Positions 14,138 through 28,802 of a stretch of 64,000 nucleotides of DNA are shown piece by piece (the first letter of the stretch is position 1; each line of letters opens with the position of its first letter). Both the position numbers and the translations under genes were made by a program. This stretch comes from Podarcis liolepis (lineage: Eukaryota), in the NCBI GenBank assembly GCA_965112155.1, contig OZ218099.1; one strand, written 5' to 3'. The notes under the pieces are model-generated. The model was not told the origin of the DNA. It saw only the letters and a list, made by a program, of their open reading frames with translations, and searched no databases.

Positions 14138-15638
14138 GTAAGTGACATGAAGCATCTTAACAATGAAGCCCCTTTTGAGGTCTTTCAGCACATTGAATGT
14201 GTTCTGGTCGTTCCTCCCACTCCCATCCCTGCAGGAAAGCAGAGCATTAGGTTTCTGTCCAAAACATGCATGTGAACAGGCTGAAACTGATCATGTGCAC
14301 GCATGAGGGATTAGGGAGGGGGAAGACATCTGCCATCGAGGAGGGTATTATTTTCCACAGCTTGACTCAGACCCAACACAAGAAGCAAGCATGTGGCTGC
14401 TGTGCTTTCCCAGACTTACTGGGAATGATTGCTCCGTGTTATAGTATTTGGGGGTGAATGTGAGGAGAAGGGGTCACAGCAGCTACTGCTTTTAAAAGAG
14501 CAAGCCCACACAAAGGCTGTCTTATAGCAATGGGACATAGCCTAGATTTGCTCTGGCTGAGTTTTCAAGAACAGTAGCTATGGCAGGGGGTTGTGTGAGT
14601 TTGCCAATCTTCCTGGAAGGGGGAGAAAGGGAGCTTTCAGTTTCTCAGGATCTGAGTCTCCTGTTTAACCAGGCAAAGTATATCTCATTTCACAGGTACC
14701 CTCCAGGTTTGGGGATTTGCTTTTAGAGGAAAATGGGGGAGCAGGAGGGGAGGGGGAACTGAGCTATATTTCAAAGGCCTAGATCATGTCTGGCATCTAT
14801 GCTCCAGGCAGCAGGTGGTGAAGCTACATACTCTTATAGGAGGCAATGTGCAGAGGTCACAAGTCTAAACTCCCAGCCTGTGGTTTTCAGGAAAGAAGGG
14901 CTGGGACATTAAATTCATGACCAGTCATTGGGGGGGGGGGGGTTGATTCTCACTGTGGTGAATGAATTCCAAGTGTGCATTTTGTATTTGTTATGAATTT
15001 CCCTCCGTCACAGCTAACCACACAGACAGTTGGGATGCAGAGGATTGGCATCCTGCAAATTCTCTTAGACAGCTTTGGGTATCTTCAGTGGTATTCAACT
15101 CTGTCTTACTCACAGCAGTCTTACATGGAAATTAAGGGACATACCCTGAGTAAAACTTAATTGAATTTCACCCTTCGGAAGAAGCATAGGAGCAAAAATG
15201 CTTGCCCTGAAAAAATGATCTCCTTACCGCTACATTGAATTCTACCCACATATCTGAGGGAATGCCAGCCCTGTTTTCTTTTTCCCTCAGGGTCCACCTA
15301 CATCTGGGATGGGGAGCCAGTGGCCCCGCAGGTGTTCTTGGGCTCAAACTCCCATTGCCCCCATCTAGCATGTGGTCCAGCAAAATCTGGGGGGTCACAG
15401 GTCTCCATACCTGGCCTAAAATCACTATTTCCGTAATCAAAGTAGGTGAAAGAGAAACCACCCACTGAAACAAATACGGCTCTCCCAATGTCCAAAGCAA
15501 AGGCGTATTGCTCATGAACAGAAACAATTGTCTTGAAACGCCTCATCTACATTCACTGTGTTCTAGTAGAGCAAGATTAAATATCGTATGTTTGTCGTAT
15601 TTTACTCTCAGCCTAGTGGTTATGTGTTAGGGCTATGA

Positions 15639-16094
<456 letters not shown>

Positions 16095-18281
16095 TAGTTA
16101 GCCCTTGTGTAAGATGGGTGCAAAGCTGCTTCCTGCACACAGTGAGATGAGTGGCTGAAAACAGTGGTGCAGCGTTGTTGTTGTTGTTGTTGTTGTTGTT
16201 ATTTATCATTTCAAAAACAGCAACTGTAAGAGCTGTTGTGTGACCACCTGAGAAAATTATGCATGCTTGGCTGCTGTAGAATAATCATTTGTTAGGTTTG
16301 TTTTCTTTCCACCCTTTTCCTCTGAGCAGCTGGGAGCCACGTTGTAGCCTTGCAGCATCCCTGAGGGGTCATTTGAGCAGAGAGACAGAGACCTACTGAA
16401 AGCAACCCAGTAAGCTTCCTGGCCAAGCAGGGATTTTCAACCCTCTCTCAAGAAGATCTCATACAGTGTATTTACTTAGAAGTCAGTCTCAGTACATTCA
16501 CTGAGACTTACTCCCAGGTAACTGTGCATAGAATTAGACACGACAAAAAGCAGAAACAATGTTAACTGGTCTCAAACAAATTTTTGCAGTGTGGAGTGCT
16601 GCAAATTCTATTCAATTACATTCAATTTATCCCACCCTCAGAATAACCAGTTGTGATTTAATATCTGTTCATATTCCTCTTTGGACTGTCTTGACTCTTG
16701 AGGGATGCCCCTTAGAGAGGGTTTTCCTATTATTTTTGTACTTTTGCAAACCTTTGAGTTTCCAGAAACGTATTTATAACCTAGAATCAGTCAGTGTTGA
16801 CATCAGCTAAATCTGTGAATGGAGAGGTGCTGAGGGTTATTCTTTTCACCTTAATTAGAATATTTTTCTCTCTTCACCCTAGAATTCGTAGGGTTCTAAA
16901 AACTGTGATGAAGTTACTTTGCACGGTACACTTTTCAAAGACCCTCCTTTATAAATGGGATTGTGCTGATTAACTCTGGATGTGGACATAAATCCTCTGC
17001 ATGCAAAATCAGTTTGATGCAGGCAGGCAGAGGGACATCAAGAAAGCAGTTGCTTGCTATGGTAATATGCTGCAAGAAGCCTGAAGTGATCTTCCTGGCA
17101 TGGGAGCAAAGTTCAGTTTCTGTATCAGAAGTTGGCCTCTTTTGCTGATGCTGGCTGTGATGATCCCCTTCTGAGAAGGTTTTTATTAGAATCACAGAAT
17201 CGTAGAGTAGGAAATGAACACAAAGATCATCTAGTCCTGCAATGCAGGAATATTTCACCCAACGTGGGGCTGAAACTCATGCTCTACTGACTGAGCTACA
17301 CAGAGATGTTAGCATACTTTGAACTTTGGCCTTCCCTTTGGCTCCTGCTCAGACTTGCTGAGCTAAAATTATGCCAGTTCCGCCTCTTTGAATGATAGTA
17401 CCCACCGGAATGGATGTTCTTCAGAATGGGGATAGGTTGTATTGGGTCCAGAAAGACTTAAAGCAAAACAAAAAACCAACAACAAATCTGGGGTCATCAT
17501 CTGCAGAATTTAAAGGGGAGACTGATAAATGCAACTTTTTTCATTCTATATGGGATTGTGTATAAATTTATGTCTGCCACAGGAATTGGCATGTTTTCTG
17601 TGCAAGCTGGAGAGGGTGTAGTTTGTTAGCAAGGACAGGGTGACGTTTCCTACACTTCATCACCTTTTCAGTGGAAATTTTCTAGAAAGAGGAGGAAGAA
17701 TAACCCTTAACACAAAATAGAACTGCAGACAACAGCAGGAAGCAGGAGAAAACAATTGATGGCTTGTTAGGATTTTGCTGAGGTATCCAACTACTTAACT
17801 GTTAAAATAAAGCAAAATGCTCCACTAACCTGATGGGAAATGAAAGGGCTTCCGTTAGCATCCCCTGTTATTTATATGGCAGAATAAAATAAATAAATAC
17901 AATTACCTTGGCTTTTGTGGGGCACAGTTAACAAAAATCTGGTACAGTATTTAAACTTCTGACCCTCATTGGGACAGTCTCTTTTGTCTATGTGAGATGG
18001 ATTTTGCTCCATGTGATTATTATGCATGTGTTGTGGTCACCTAGAACTCCTCTGTTTGTTGAAATCGCTTTCCAGTTTCATCTGCTGATGAAAAATGTGT
18101 CCAGCTACAAGTAGTCCTAGAGTTTGTCCACACTTCTGCTTATCCCGTGCCTAGAAAGCACAAGTCTGAGTGGTTTCCCCACACTCCTTTCCCGGGGAGA
18201 CAAGAGGGAGTGTGGATAAGCCCTTGCACTGTGTCAGAACCTTAGCCTAGGCATTGTCCTGGCCACTTCGATAATCGTTGA

Positions 18282-18470
<189 letters not shown>

Positions 18471-19969
18471 TGAGTAAATGAATTCAGATTAGCAAGATGC
18501 TTGAAAAGGCTACCACCAAATAAGGGCATATATATTCCAGCTCAAGAATGAAGGTGCTACCTGCCTCTTGGCTGAATTGTAAACTATCCACACGAGTGGA
18601 AGTGTGTCAGAGAATGTGTGGCCATGTGTATATGCCGTGTGCTTGGTGTTTTACTCCTGGGGTCCCCCAAATGGCACCTATGGGCACCCCAGCACCATCA
18701 GACACCTGCCAAGGTCCCCAGCCCCTCCTAGCCTTTTTTAAAAATTGAAATCTTTTTTGCCTGTATTTCATTTGTTTTTGTTTTTTGGGAGGGGGAGCAT
18801 TGTCGGTGTTCTGCCTCTTTTCAGTGGTGTGTGCCTAAGTATGACATGTTTTTCTTCTGCAAAACAGATATTTTGTGGTGCTCGTAATGGTTTCTTAGGT
18901 TTCCAAAGCTGCCCCTGGGCTCAAGAAGGTTGAGGATCTCTGTTTTACTCTCAGTGCTGTGCAATTACATCTTTGTGTGTATTTTAATGAATTGAATCAT
19001 AAGAGATTCATTAGAGTGCACATGTCTGCTAGCCTTGGAGGTTGATGGGAGACAGGCTGGGCCAGTGGTTGCCACATTTGGGCTCAGAAGGCAGGAACCG
19101 GCCAGTTGGCTGGCTAGGGGCACATGCCCTGCTTTGCCCGCCAAGATTCCCTCCTGTTGAGTTGAGCCCTGCCTGCCTCCTCCCTGGACCCTCCTCACTA
19201 CAAAGTGCTTCAAGCATAGGGGAGCACAAGGAGTACATCAACAAACTTGCACAGGGGGGAAACTATGTTGAGTGTCCTGCATTGCTGGGGGTTGGACTAG
19301 ATGATTCTTGGGGTCCCTTCCAACTCTCCAATTATATGAGTCTATGCAAATATGCAAGAGGCTGCAAACCTAGATGAAAGGCAGCTTTTAAGTATTGTTC
19401 TATGTGACATCAGTGAAAATGCTACAAGTCCCATAACTGGAATGAAATGTTGATGAATCTAGGCCATTCTCTCTCCCTGCCCCTCTCTTTTACTTCCTAG
19501 CATTTGGTGGAATGTCCTTTTTCTGAAGCAGTTCCAAGTATATGAGAGCAGTGATTCACTCTAGGAATTTAATCTCTAGATCAGCCATGTTGCTAAGGGG
19601 ATGCAATCAGTGAGCATTAATTTGCCATCTAAAGCAACATCCAGGCCAGATGTCATTGGCCTGCTGGTTTTCTGTCGCTGCAGCCTGTTGAGAATGGAGA
19701 GATGAATGGTGGTTGCCAGAGGGGGGCGGGTGAACTGGATACTGTCTTTAGCTGATAGATTTAACCATTTCCACGCCCCATTTATTGCAATGGGAGAATT
19801 ACACGAGTGCTCAACTCTCCTGTAAAAATCAGTGTGACCTATAAGTGCTTAACTCTGGATAGATCATGCCAAGGGCAGTAGAAGAGGCTTCCCCCCAATT
19901 TATTCAAGAACTAGCTGCAGAGTCATATTTCTGATGCTTACAACTGACTCCAGGCTAATAACTGATTAA

Positions 19970-20266
<297 letters not shown>

Positions 20267-21462
20267 TGAGAAGATTTTTTTTTATAGTGCATTTGCACTT
20301 CTGGGTGTGTGAGAGGGAGTCTGTCTGTTGGTTGGTTGGTCTCTGTTTACCCAAACAACTGCGGGTCACCTTTGTCTAGATCATGATAATAACAAGGACT
20401 AATTTCTTCTGTACAAACCCCCACTTGTCCATGTGCTCACTGAATAACCTTAGGCACAACCAATTTTTCAACCTACCCTATTTCCATGAAGTGCTTTCAT
20501 GAGGATGTGGGGAGATAACCCAATGTATGCCACTCTGAGCTCTTCAGAGGAAGGGTGCCATGCAAACTTAGCATATAATAGCACCAGTCTTCCCCAACCT
20601 GGTGCCTCCTTGATGTTTTGGGTTGCAACCTGAGAGCCACCACTGGTCAGAGTCGGCCATGGGTGTGAAACTGGATCTGGCCCAATTCCCACCCCTTACA
20701 GGCCAATTTTCAGTTCTCTACACACATCTGGCCTATACATCTTTGCCCTTTCACTCCTTTAGAGTATTTTCTGTGCGTTCTCCAAGTGTATAGATGCTGC
20801 ATTGGAGTAAATACCTAGCCAGACCTTCTGGTTTTTAAAGAGAGGAGTGAACAGCCCTGAAGCTTTTTCTCCCTATGCTCCGCAATCCAAATTATACAGG
20901 ATCACATTCAATGAAAATCACTGGGTGGTAGCTTCCATGGATAAACTTGCTTGTGACACAGTTTCTGCAGTCGTGTGTAGAAACTGCCAACAAGTTCTTT
21001 GTCCTGGCTTTACATAGAAGACAACATTGGATGGGAAAGCGGGGGGGCAGGACGATGTTATTATCGCTTGCCTGACAGAAGGCTTTGTATTAACACGAGC
21101 TCAAGCGTACAATTGTCCTCATGTGAGCTTGCTAACATTTGGGCTTTTTGGCATGAATTGAGAAATAGAGTGACAGCATGTAACTTGCTTCTGAACAGCT
21201 GTTGCTCCGGAGCTTTAAAGGGAAGTGCTAAATCTGTAATTAACCAGGCAACATTTCTGCGTATTCAGAAAATGTTATTGTTTTTAGTATGTTTGTGCTG
21301 CTTTGTCTCAGTAGCTCTTCCTTTCAACCCATTAGGGCTAAGTGAACAATAATTTGTGGCGATAATCCTGGGAATATAATTGATGTGGGCTGTGGGGTGC
21401 TTGGAACCATTTCCTCCCTTCTGAAGTTCTAGCCAACTCTGTTTGTTTCTTTGTGCATAAAG

Positions 21463-21544
21463 GTCTCCAGAATTTAATGACTTCCTGAAGACTGCGCTTG
21501 ATAAGAACCCCGAGACACGTCCAACTGCGGCACAATTGCTGGAG
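21463..21544 (+). CDS. STK10: STK10 exon 7 ([27 protein letters not shown])
   Basis: 82 nt, taaag|G...GAG|gtaagt, frame continuous. Confidence 0.95.
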
Positions 21545-22815
21545 GTAAGTGCAGGATCCCCAGTCAATAAATGCATAAAATAGATACATACATGAGCAGC
21601 TGCTTGCAGGTTGGTAGCCCACGTAGTGCAAACTTGTTTTTGGTGTGCTGATGCATAGAAAAGTTGAGCCTGTCTGCTGTAATTGTGGCTCCTAACTGGA
21701 CACAAACTATACCACTATTAGAAGGTATAGCAGTGCAAATTTGACTGCCAGTGCTGACTGCTCAGCCGCCCCTTACTTTTACTGGGCCTTCCAGTTGCTT
21801 CCACCTACCCACCCTCTTACTTGACTCCAGTGTAAAAAAGGTGAATGTAATTTTCTAGCAACACTCATACAGCAGCCACCATTCCTAGATACTTCTTTAT
21901 TTTGGAAAATTCTCCTTGGCCACTTTAGAACCATGCATAGCATTTGTGTGTATTTTTTCAGTTTCTGTCCAAATGGTTATGCTTTACTATGAGCCTTTGG
22001 TTAAAAAGGAAAAGTTGTCTAATCAATAGTTGGAGGAGAGGGAGTCTGCATCTAATGTGGGTTGTTGGAAGAGTTCTGAGTATTGACTCCATGAAACAGA
22101 GAGGAAATTGGCAGTACTGTATTGTCAACCAGGGGACGATTTCTTAATGAAGTTTGGGGCCAGTTCGCATGCTTACTTGGTTGGATGACCCTCTTTCTGT
22201 GGTGCTAGGAAGTAGATGTGCACACACATCTCTGCACTATGCATGTAATGGCACAGGTGACTTGTCTGCTGCACATGGAGGTCCAAGTCTGGAGTTTATT
22301 CCTCTCCAGGAGGAAGAACAGAAAGCATAATGGGAATTGGGGATGCTCATGGAGCACATGTGTCATACATTAACAGTGCAGTCCTATGAATATCTCCTCT
22401 GAAATGAGCCTCGTGGAGTTCAGTGGTGCTTCCTCCCAGGTTAGTGTTAAGGACAATGCAGCCTCATATGGCAATTACAGCAGCCTCATAACCTGTGCAG
22501 TGTAGGCCTGCAATGTGCCTTTTCCTCTGTGACGGCAAGATTAAAGTCGAATGAGAGTAAATATTCTCCTTAGTTTGTATAGTGGGTTTTTGCACTGTCG
22601 CCAGGTATGTTTGTATTTATGCAAGCCATCTTGGTACAGAGCACATGGGGCTCATAAGGACCAGGTCACACGTTCCTTTCAGCTGCTTGAGTTGCTCATG
22701 GGAACACTGTTCTTGTGTAAGCATTGTAATGGGGTCTGGGGGCTTATGGCTATCAAGCTGTAACAACTTCCATGTTCAAGAACATTAATATCGAAGGCCC
22801 TTCTGCACAGCCCAT

Positions 22816-23090
22816 TTAGAGCAGTATCATGCCACTTTAAGCAGTCATGCTTTCCCAAAGGATCCTGTGAAGTGAAGTTTGTTAAGGGTGCTGAAAGTTG
22901 TTAGGAGAGCACTACTCACCTCTCAGAGCTCCCTGGGAAGATGGGTTGATGTTTATCTACTCTCTGAATTGCAGCTCTGAGATAGGAACAGGGATCTCTT
23001 AATAACTTTCAGGACTCTTAACAAACTACAGTTCCCATGGTTCTTTGGGAGATGCTATGACTCTTCAAAGTGTCACAGTACAGCTTTCAG
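22816..23090. mobile_element. Old palindromic MITE common in squamate genomes
   Basis: Arms AGTTTGTTAAGGGTGCTGAAAGTTGTTAGGAGA / TCTCTTAATAACTTTCAGGACTCTTAACAAACT. Confidence 0.7.
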
Positions 23091-23994
23091 TCAAATCAAT
23101 CAGTTTATTTGTATGCTGCCTTTCCAAAGTTAACACCATGCTCAAGGAAGCTTACAACATATTTTTAAAAAATTGCATAGCTACAAACATAACAAAAGTA
23201 GTCATAAACACAAAGCAACAAAAGTGCACAACCAAACTGAACAATTTCCACATAGATCGTAAGATACAAAATAAAGATACAAAAAAAATTAACAGCAACA
23301 GCCCCCCGCAAAAAAAACCCACCCTATACAAATACCCCAGGCCAAGATTCTGTTCACCAGCCTCAGCTTTTGTAGCTGGAGTCAGTCAGGGCCTCGCCCT
23401 CCCTGGTCATGTGGGAAAAGACCTGCAAGGCTGGGAGGGAGCAGGTCTTCCAGGACTTACAGCCAATTGCTGCTCCATGGATTGGATGTGACCCATGAGG
23501 ATACATTTTTGTCTGCCTCACTGCAATCCTGCTCAGTTTTAATCAAGGTGTTTTGAAACTCTTCCCCCATAGTTTCACCTGCGAGGGAAAAATAGAGAAT
23601 TGTTCCCCACAGAGACAAGTATTCCACATCTTTGCATTTTTTTCTACTTGGGTAGTAGTTTTCTCCAACTATCTAAACACAACTGTGCCACAAACTTAGC
23701 TGAGCCCTCACAATACATGCAGGGGTCGAATTGCATTACAAAATGCCCTTCTGGTCCCTTTATTGCTTTCTGGAGAGACTGTTTTGCTCCCAAGAATACT
23801 GCCTGTGGTTTAGCATGTCCATTTCAAAGCTAGAGAGGATGCAGACTGCCCATAGCACTTGTATGAGAGATTACATTGCTTGTGAGTCTACTTGCATGAA
23901 TGAATTTGGGCAGGGTGAGGGGAGCAGCTGAAAGTGCATGACTTGGGTTGCAGGATTATTCATTCCAATATGGTCACACGTTCTTGGTTTTCAG

Positions 23995-24129
23995 CATCCT
24001 TTTGTCAGCAAGGTCACTACTAACAGAGCCCTACGTGAGCTTGTGGCTGAGGCAAAGGCTGAAGTGATGGAGGAAATTGAAGACAATAGAGAGGAAGGAG
24101 AAGAGGATGACTCACCAGAATGTGCATCT
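23995..24129 (+). CDS. STK10: STK10 exon 8 ([30 protein letters not shown]...ECAS)
   Basis: 135 nt, AG/GT; end of kinase domain. Confidence 0.96.
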
Positions 24130-24733
24130 GTAAGTTTCGTTCTTTCTGTCGTCTTTCATTCTATCTATCCTGCTGCATGAAGGAAATGCATCTTTTTAAG
24201 AAGGAAGGCAAACCCCAACACCTGCGGGAATACACAAAATGCTTATATTTTTCAAAAAGCTTTCACAACGAAAGCTAGCTAGATACAGAAAAGTCAACTG
24301 AGGACCACCTTTGACCTCTGCATTGACTGTGTTTTTCTCGGGATGGGGGTGGGGAGCCACTTTGTTGTTTCTCATGCAGGTGGACAGGAAAAATGCCTCC
24401 TTGGTTGGGGAGCGATTCCTCCTCACGCAGCAGCCAACAAGCCCTGGAAACAATGTGATGGGCAGAAAGCCAGTCCCTTCGCTTTCCTCTTGTGAGAGAA
24501 GTCTCCTAAGTTAATGCTGAATGTGTCTCTTCATGTGTAACACTCACTATATGGCTAAAACGGCCACATGAGAAGATGTTGTCCGCTGCCTCCTTTGCCC
24601 CAAGGAAAATCTCCCTGTGCCACTTGGGACTAAAAATGTGTTCTATGCCCTGGATCCTGGTGGCTGGTATTGGGCTGCAGTGGTATTGGGCTGGGTGCAA
24701 ATAGGAGGCTATAGGAGAAGTTGTATTTCTGTA

Positions 24734-24737
<4 letters not shown>

Positions 24738-24778
<41 letters not shown>
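24738..24778. repeat. (GT)n microsatellite
   Basis: Direct reading. Confidence 0.95.
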
Positions 24779-24781
<3 letters not shown>

Positions 24782-25718
24782 TTCGTTCATTCATGGAAGC
24801 AGGTCAGAAACAACTGGCAAGATTAAATATGTTGTTGATGGCTGATGCCAGGGTTCCAATCTAAAAGAGGTCTGTTCTGTCCCAGGGCAAGGGATGTGGG
24901 GGGCATGTTCCTTATCCTACATGGAACTTTTCTGTGGAGAAAATGATGAAACTGCTTCAGGCACAACGCCGTTCCCTGGAGCTTGACAAACCAGACTTTG
25001 GAGTTTTTGCAGACTTCCTTCGATTGTCTAGGACTTGGACAGAAAATAGACAAAGTTTCAAGGGGGTAGTTGAAATCGCCAAGAGAGGTGCGTTTTCAAC
25101 ATTCATGAAAACAAACCGAAAAGTCTTCTCATGGAAGCTCTAGTTGTCGGAGCAGAGTCACTGCTCTGTGTCCTACATCTGTACCCCAACCCATTGTTCC
25201 CTTAAACTCAAGCACCTGGTGCCAGTCCTGAGAAAGAAGTTAAGGAGTGCTTCCTCTCTGACTGAAGCTTCAATTAGGAAATGCAAGCCTGGCTCCTCAA
25301 GGGAGGTGGGGGCGTTGAGGACAAGTGGCTGTGTGTTTCCTTCTCCCTCCCAACTCTGGAACTACCTTTAGAAGTGGGAAGAGCAACACAACTGCTGTCC
25401 CTGAGGGGGTCCTCATCTGTGGAGGCTGAGGACTCAGTGTCAAGAATTGCGGGCAGGTCTTCTTCACTCCTCCTTCCACTCAACCCCCAAGATGTAAGGG
25501 GGAGAGTAGAAGTCTTCAAGTGTTGCTTAAAGAGCTCCCAGAGAATCCAGCAGGAAAGAGTTTCCTAAGAGACGACACTCATGACAAATTTTCAGAGCTT
25601 GTTGATAGTACTTGTTTTTTCTGCCAGTTTTATTCATGAGTTTTTATCTTCTAGCTTTTTAATTATGTAAACTGCTCTGCAACCAGTTCCGCTCTGGTGA
25701 AGGATAGCATATAATATA

Positions 25719-25969
25719 CAGTATTTTTTGCTCTATAAGACTCACTTTTTCCCTCCCAAAAAATAAGGGGAAATGTGTGTGCGTCTTATGGAGCGAATGC
25801 AGGCTGCGCAGCTATCCCAGAAGCCAGAACAGCAAGAGGGATCGCTGCGCAGTGATCCCTCTTGCTGTTCTGGCTTCTGAGATTCAGAATATTATTGTTT
25901 CTTGTTTTCCTCCTCCAAAAACTAGGTGTGTCTTATGGTCTGGTGCGTCTTATAGAGCAAAAAATACGG
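25719..25969. mobile_element. Tc1/mariner-superfamily MITE
   Basis: TA TSD; TIRs CAGTATTTTTTGCTCTATAAGAC / GTCTTATAGAGCAAAAAATACGG. Confidence 0.85.
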
Positions 25970-26222
25970 TATTGTTTAAATCAATTATTTGAAATAAAAC
26001 AAAAAGTAGAAGACAAAAGATCTGCTAGTTCAAGGTTTCAATGGTCTCCTTACACTACAAATATTCAGAGGCAGAGGACATTTTAGTCTTGTTTCTTTAA
26101 AAAAAAAAAAAACCCAGTACATTTCTCAATGCATATGTTCGGTATTTGACTTCTCAGTTAAGTTTTTTAAGGAGAACGAAGTCAAAATTTATGACCTTTC
26201 TTTTTCCCTTTTCTTTACTCAG

Positions 26223-26807
26223 CCCCTTGATGCTAATAAGAGGGACTCTTCTGTGCCAAGCCAGCTAAGTTTGCAAAAAGAGAAGTCTCCAGAAAACGGC
26301 TTGTCACTTGTGGCCAATGGACCCATGTTGCCTCTACAGCAAGTCACTGAAGCCATAAATGGGAAGGGCAACAAGGTTTCAAAGGAAGTGGCTAGCGACG
26401 AAAAGCCAGGCAAACACAACAGCAGTACAAACTTGTCTGGAATTGCGGATTGCACAGATGAAGCCAGTGCCAAAGAAAAGCCAGACACCAGCCCCCAGTT
26501 GCTGCAACTCAACAAGAACGTTAAGCCAGTCGAGAACAGCAGTCTTGTCTACCAAAATAAGGACACTGAGCCAGTAAGCAAAGATGATTCCAATGTGGGA
26601 AGCCGGCCAGAGAGCAGCCTCCTTGAGACGCCGGTTGAAGAAAAGCTCCCCAATGGGAGTTTGAGTTCTTCCTCTCAGTTTGAGGATGGCAGCTCCAAGC
26701 AGGACTCTGATTCAGGTAGCACCTCTGCCTCAGAGAGCATGGACCTCAGTATCTCCTTGTCTACCGACCTGTCCCTGAACAGAGGCAGCGGGTCCCTCTC
26801 TCTTAAG
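26223..26807 (+). CDS. STK10: STK10 exon 9 (Ser/Pro-rich low-complexity linker, 195 aa)
   Basis: Polypyrimidine tract+AG at 26222; open frame matching ORF 26253; ends ESMDLSISLSTDLSLNRGSGSLSLK|gtaag. Confidence 0.93.
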
Positions 26808-27114
26808 GTAAGAATTTGGGCTCAACAAGTGGGTTTTGTGTAGCATGGAAACCAGGCTTCACTCAGCAAACCTTTGAGCAAGATGTCTCTCTAACATTCT
26901 CCAACGAACTGATTCTATCAAGGGGTCAGGACACAAAATTTACTCCTACATGAGATAGCTGATTCTTAAAGTCTCTCCTGAGTTATCTTCCTTGAAGAGT
27001 CTGATAAAACCATTATTGGGCAGGTGGTGATAAATCTGAATGTTGTAATATATCCTAGTCCCCCTGTGATTGTTAGTTCCCAACTTTAGTCACCTTTGTT
27101 CTTGTTAGGCTGTG

Positions 27115-27145
<31 letters not shown>

Positions 27146-27194
27146 TTTCTTTAATGGTTGGTTCACCATAATAAACATTCGATTGATTACATAG

Positions 27195-27325
27195 GATGCA
27201 AAATTGCAGAAGATGACACTGAAACGGACCAGGAGATTTGTTGTGGATGGAGTAGAAGTGAGCGTCACTACCTCAAAAATCATCAGTGAGGATGAGAAGA
27301 AAGATGAAGAGATGAGATTCCTCAG
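27195..27325 (+). CDS. STK10: STK10 exon 10 ([44 protein letters not shown]), GC donor
   Basis: 131 nt; conserved [15 protein letters not shown] motif; donor is CAG|gcaagc. Confidence 0.93.
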
Positions 27326-27915
27326 GCAAGCTGAAAATCAGGGGATTTTTGTTTGGGGTGGAGATATGGGCACACCAGGCTTTCTAAGAATATAGTTTTC
27401 TCTATGCTTTTCACTTTCCCCATAGAGTTGTATGAAGTGGTAGGGAACCAGGGGACTCATCACACAATATATTTTGGGCAGTTAAAAATATAGCATGAAT
27501 GCTGCAGATCTGTAAAAGCATGATCTCCTTATGAGTAACAGGGAGTTATGGCCATTTCCAGAGCCTATCTGTTTGCACAAATTAAGGTTGTTGCTATATG
27601 ATGTATATAGCAGCTTGTTAGAAGTGTTTGTGAAGCTAGACCTGTTTTTGTTCTGTTGCTTTTAAGTGCCACTTCTGGTGGTTCTCCTGCTTAGTGAAGT
27701 GACTGTCTTCAAATTCATAGGTTTCCTCTCTGACATGGCAAATGGTGGACATGAGCAGTCAAGGTGCTCATCAAGGATGATGTGGACCAAAAACCTGGCA
27801 GCAGCACTGCCATATAGCTTGGTGCCAGACAGTGAACAGCCTTTATACTGCTCTGGTCTGTGGTCCAGAGCCCACAACATAGTTGTTTTTTGGCATAAAA
27901 TCAATATAAATACTG

Positions 27916-28067
27916 NNNNNNNNNNNNNNNNNNNNNNNNNNNNNNNNNNNNNNNNNNNNNNNNNNNNNNNNNNNNNNNNNNNNNNNNNNNNNNNNNNNNN
28001 NNNNNNNNNNNNNNNNNNNNNNNNNNNNNNNNNNNNNNNNNNNNNNNNNNNNNNNNNNNNNNNNNNN
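27916..28067. other. Assembly gap (152 N) in STK10 intron 10
   Basis: Run of N; exons 10 and 11 join in frame, so no known exon is missing. Confidence 0.99.
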
Positions 28068-28678
28068 GAACTAGGGGATCAATAGGGACTTCACTGTAGA
28101 AGTACAGCAGTTTCTGATAAGTGTCTAACAGCAAATTCAGGTACTTCTCTTCACAGAGCTGCAAAAGCATACTTTTCGAAAGCCTTACCTTGTTGATAGG
28201 TCTACAACCTAAACAAAATCTGACAGGTGACACCAACTTTCTAATCCTTGACTTAAAAATAATCAGGGGAGACCCACAACTATAGCTTGTAGCATTTGTC
28301 TGAGCCCACTGAGCTTCAGTCAGTGAGGTATTCTTCCTCATAGTTCATTGTGGGGCCATATTGTACGTCTATTTATTCAAAGTGTCTGTACAAGGAAGGT
28401 GAATAATTCAAGGCCAGCGGACAGGAAAGCAGCCCCTTCTCAATATCCTGCCTGAAAGGGACAAGTGGTGAGAAGTGTGGCTGTGACACAAGGAGGCAGC
28501 AACTCCTTGAAGCAACGATTCTGACACTAGGAACACTCAGTCACTGGGGTTATTTTAGTATGGATTGTGCTCCTTGTCTCCCCCTCCCTTTTTTTAGCTT
28601 CCAGAGACTGCCTGCCCTGGCAGTACAGGGAGAACTGGTCCTCCGTTCCTGAACTTCTTCTCCACTTTAATCCCACAG

Positions 28679-28802
28679 GCGCCAGGAGTTGCGGGAGCTG
28701 CGTCTGCTTCAGAAAGAGGAGCACCGGAACCAGACCCAGCTGACCAGCAAGCATCACCTGCAGTTGGAGCAAATGCTGAAGCGCTTTGAGCAGGAAATGC
28801 AC
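28679..28802 (+). CDS. STK10: STK10 exon 11 ([21 protein letters not shown]...FEQEMH)
   Basis: 124 nt, AG/GT; start of PKK coiled coil. Confidence 0.96.
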
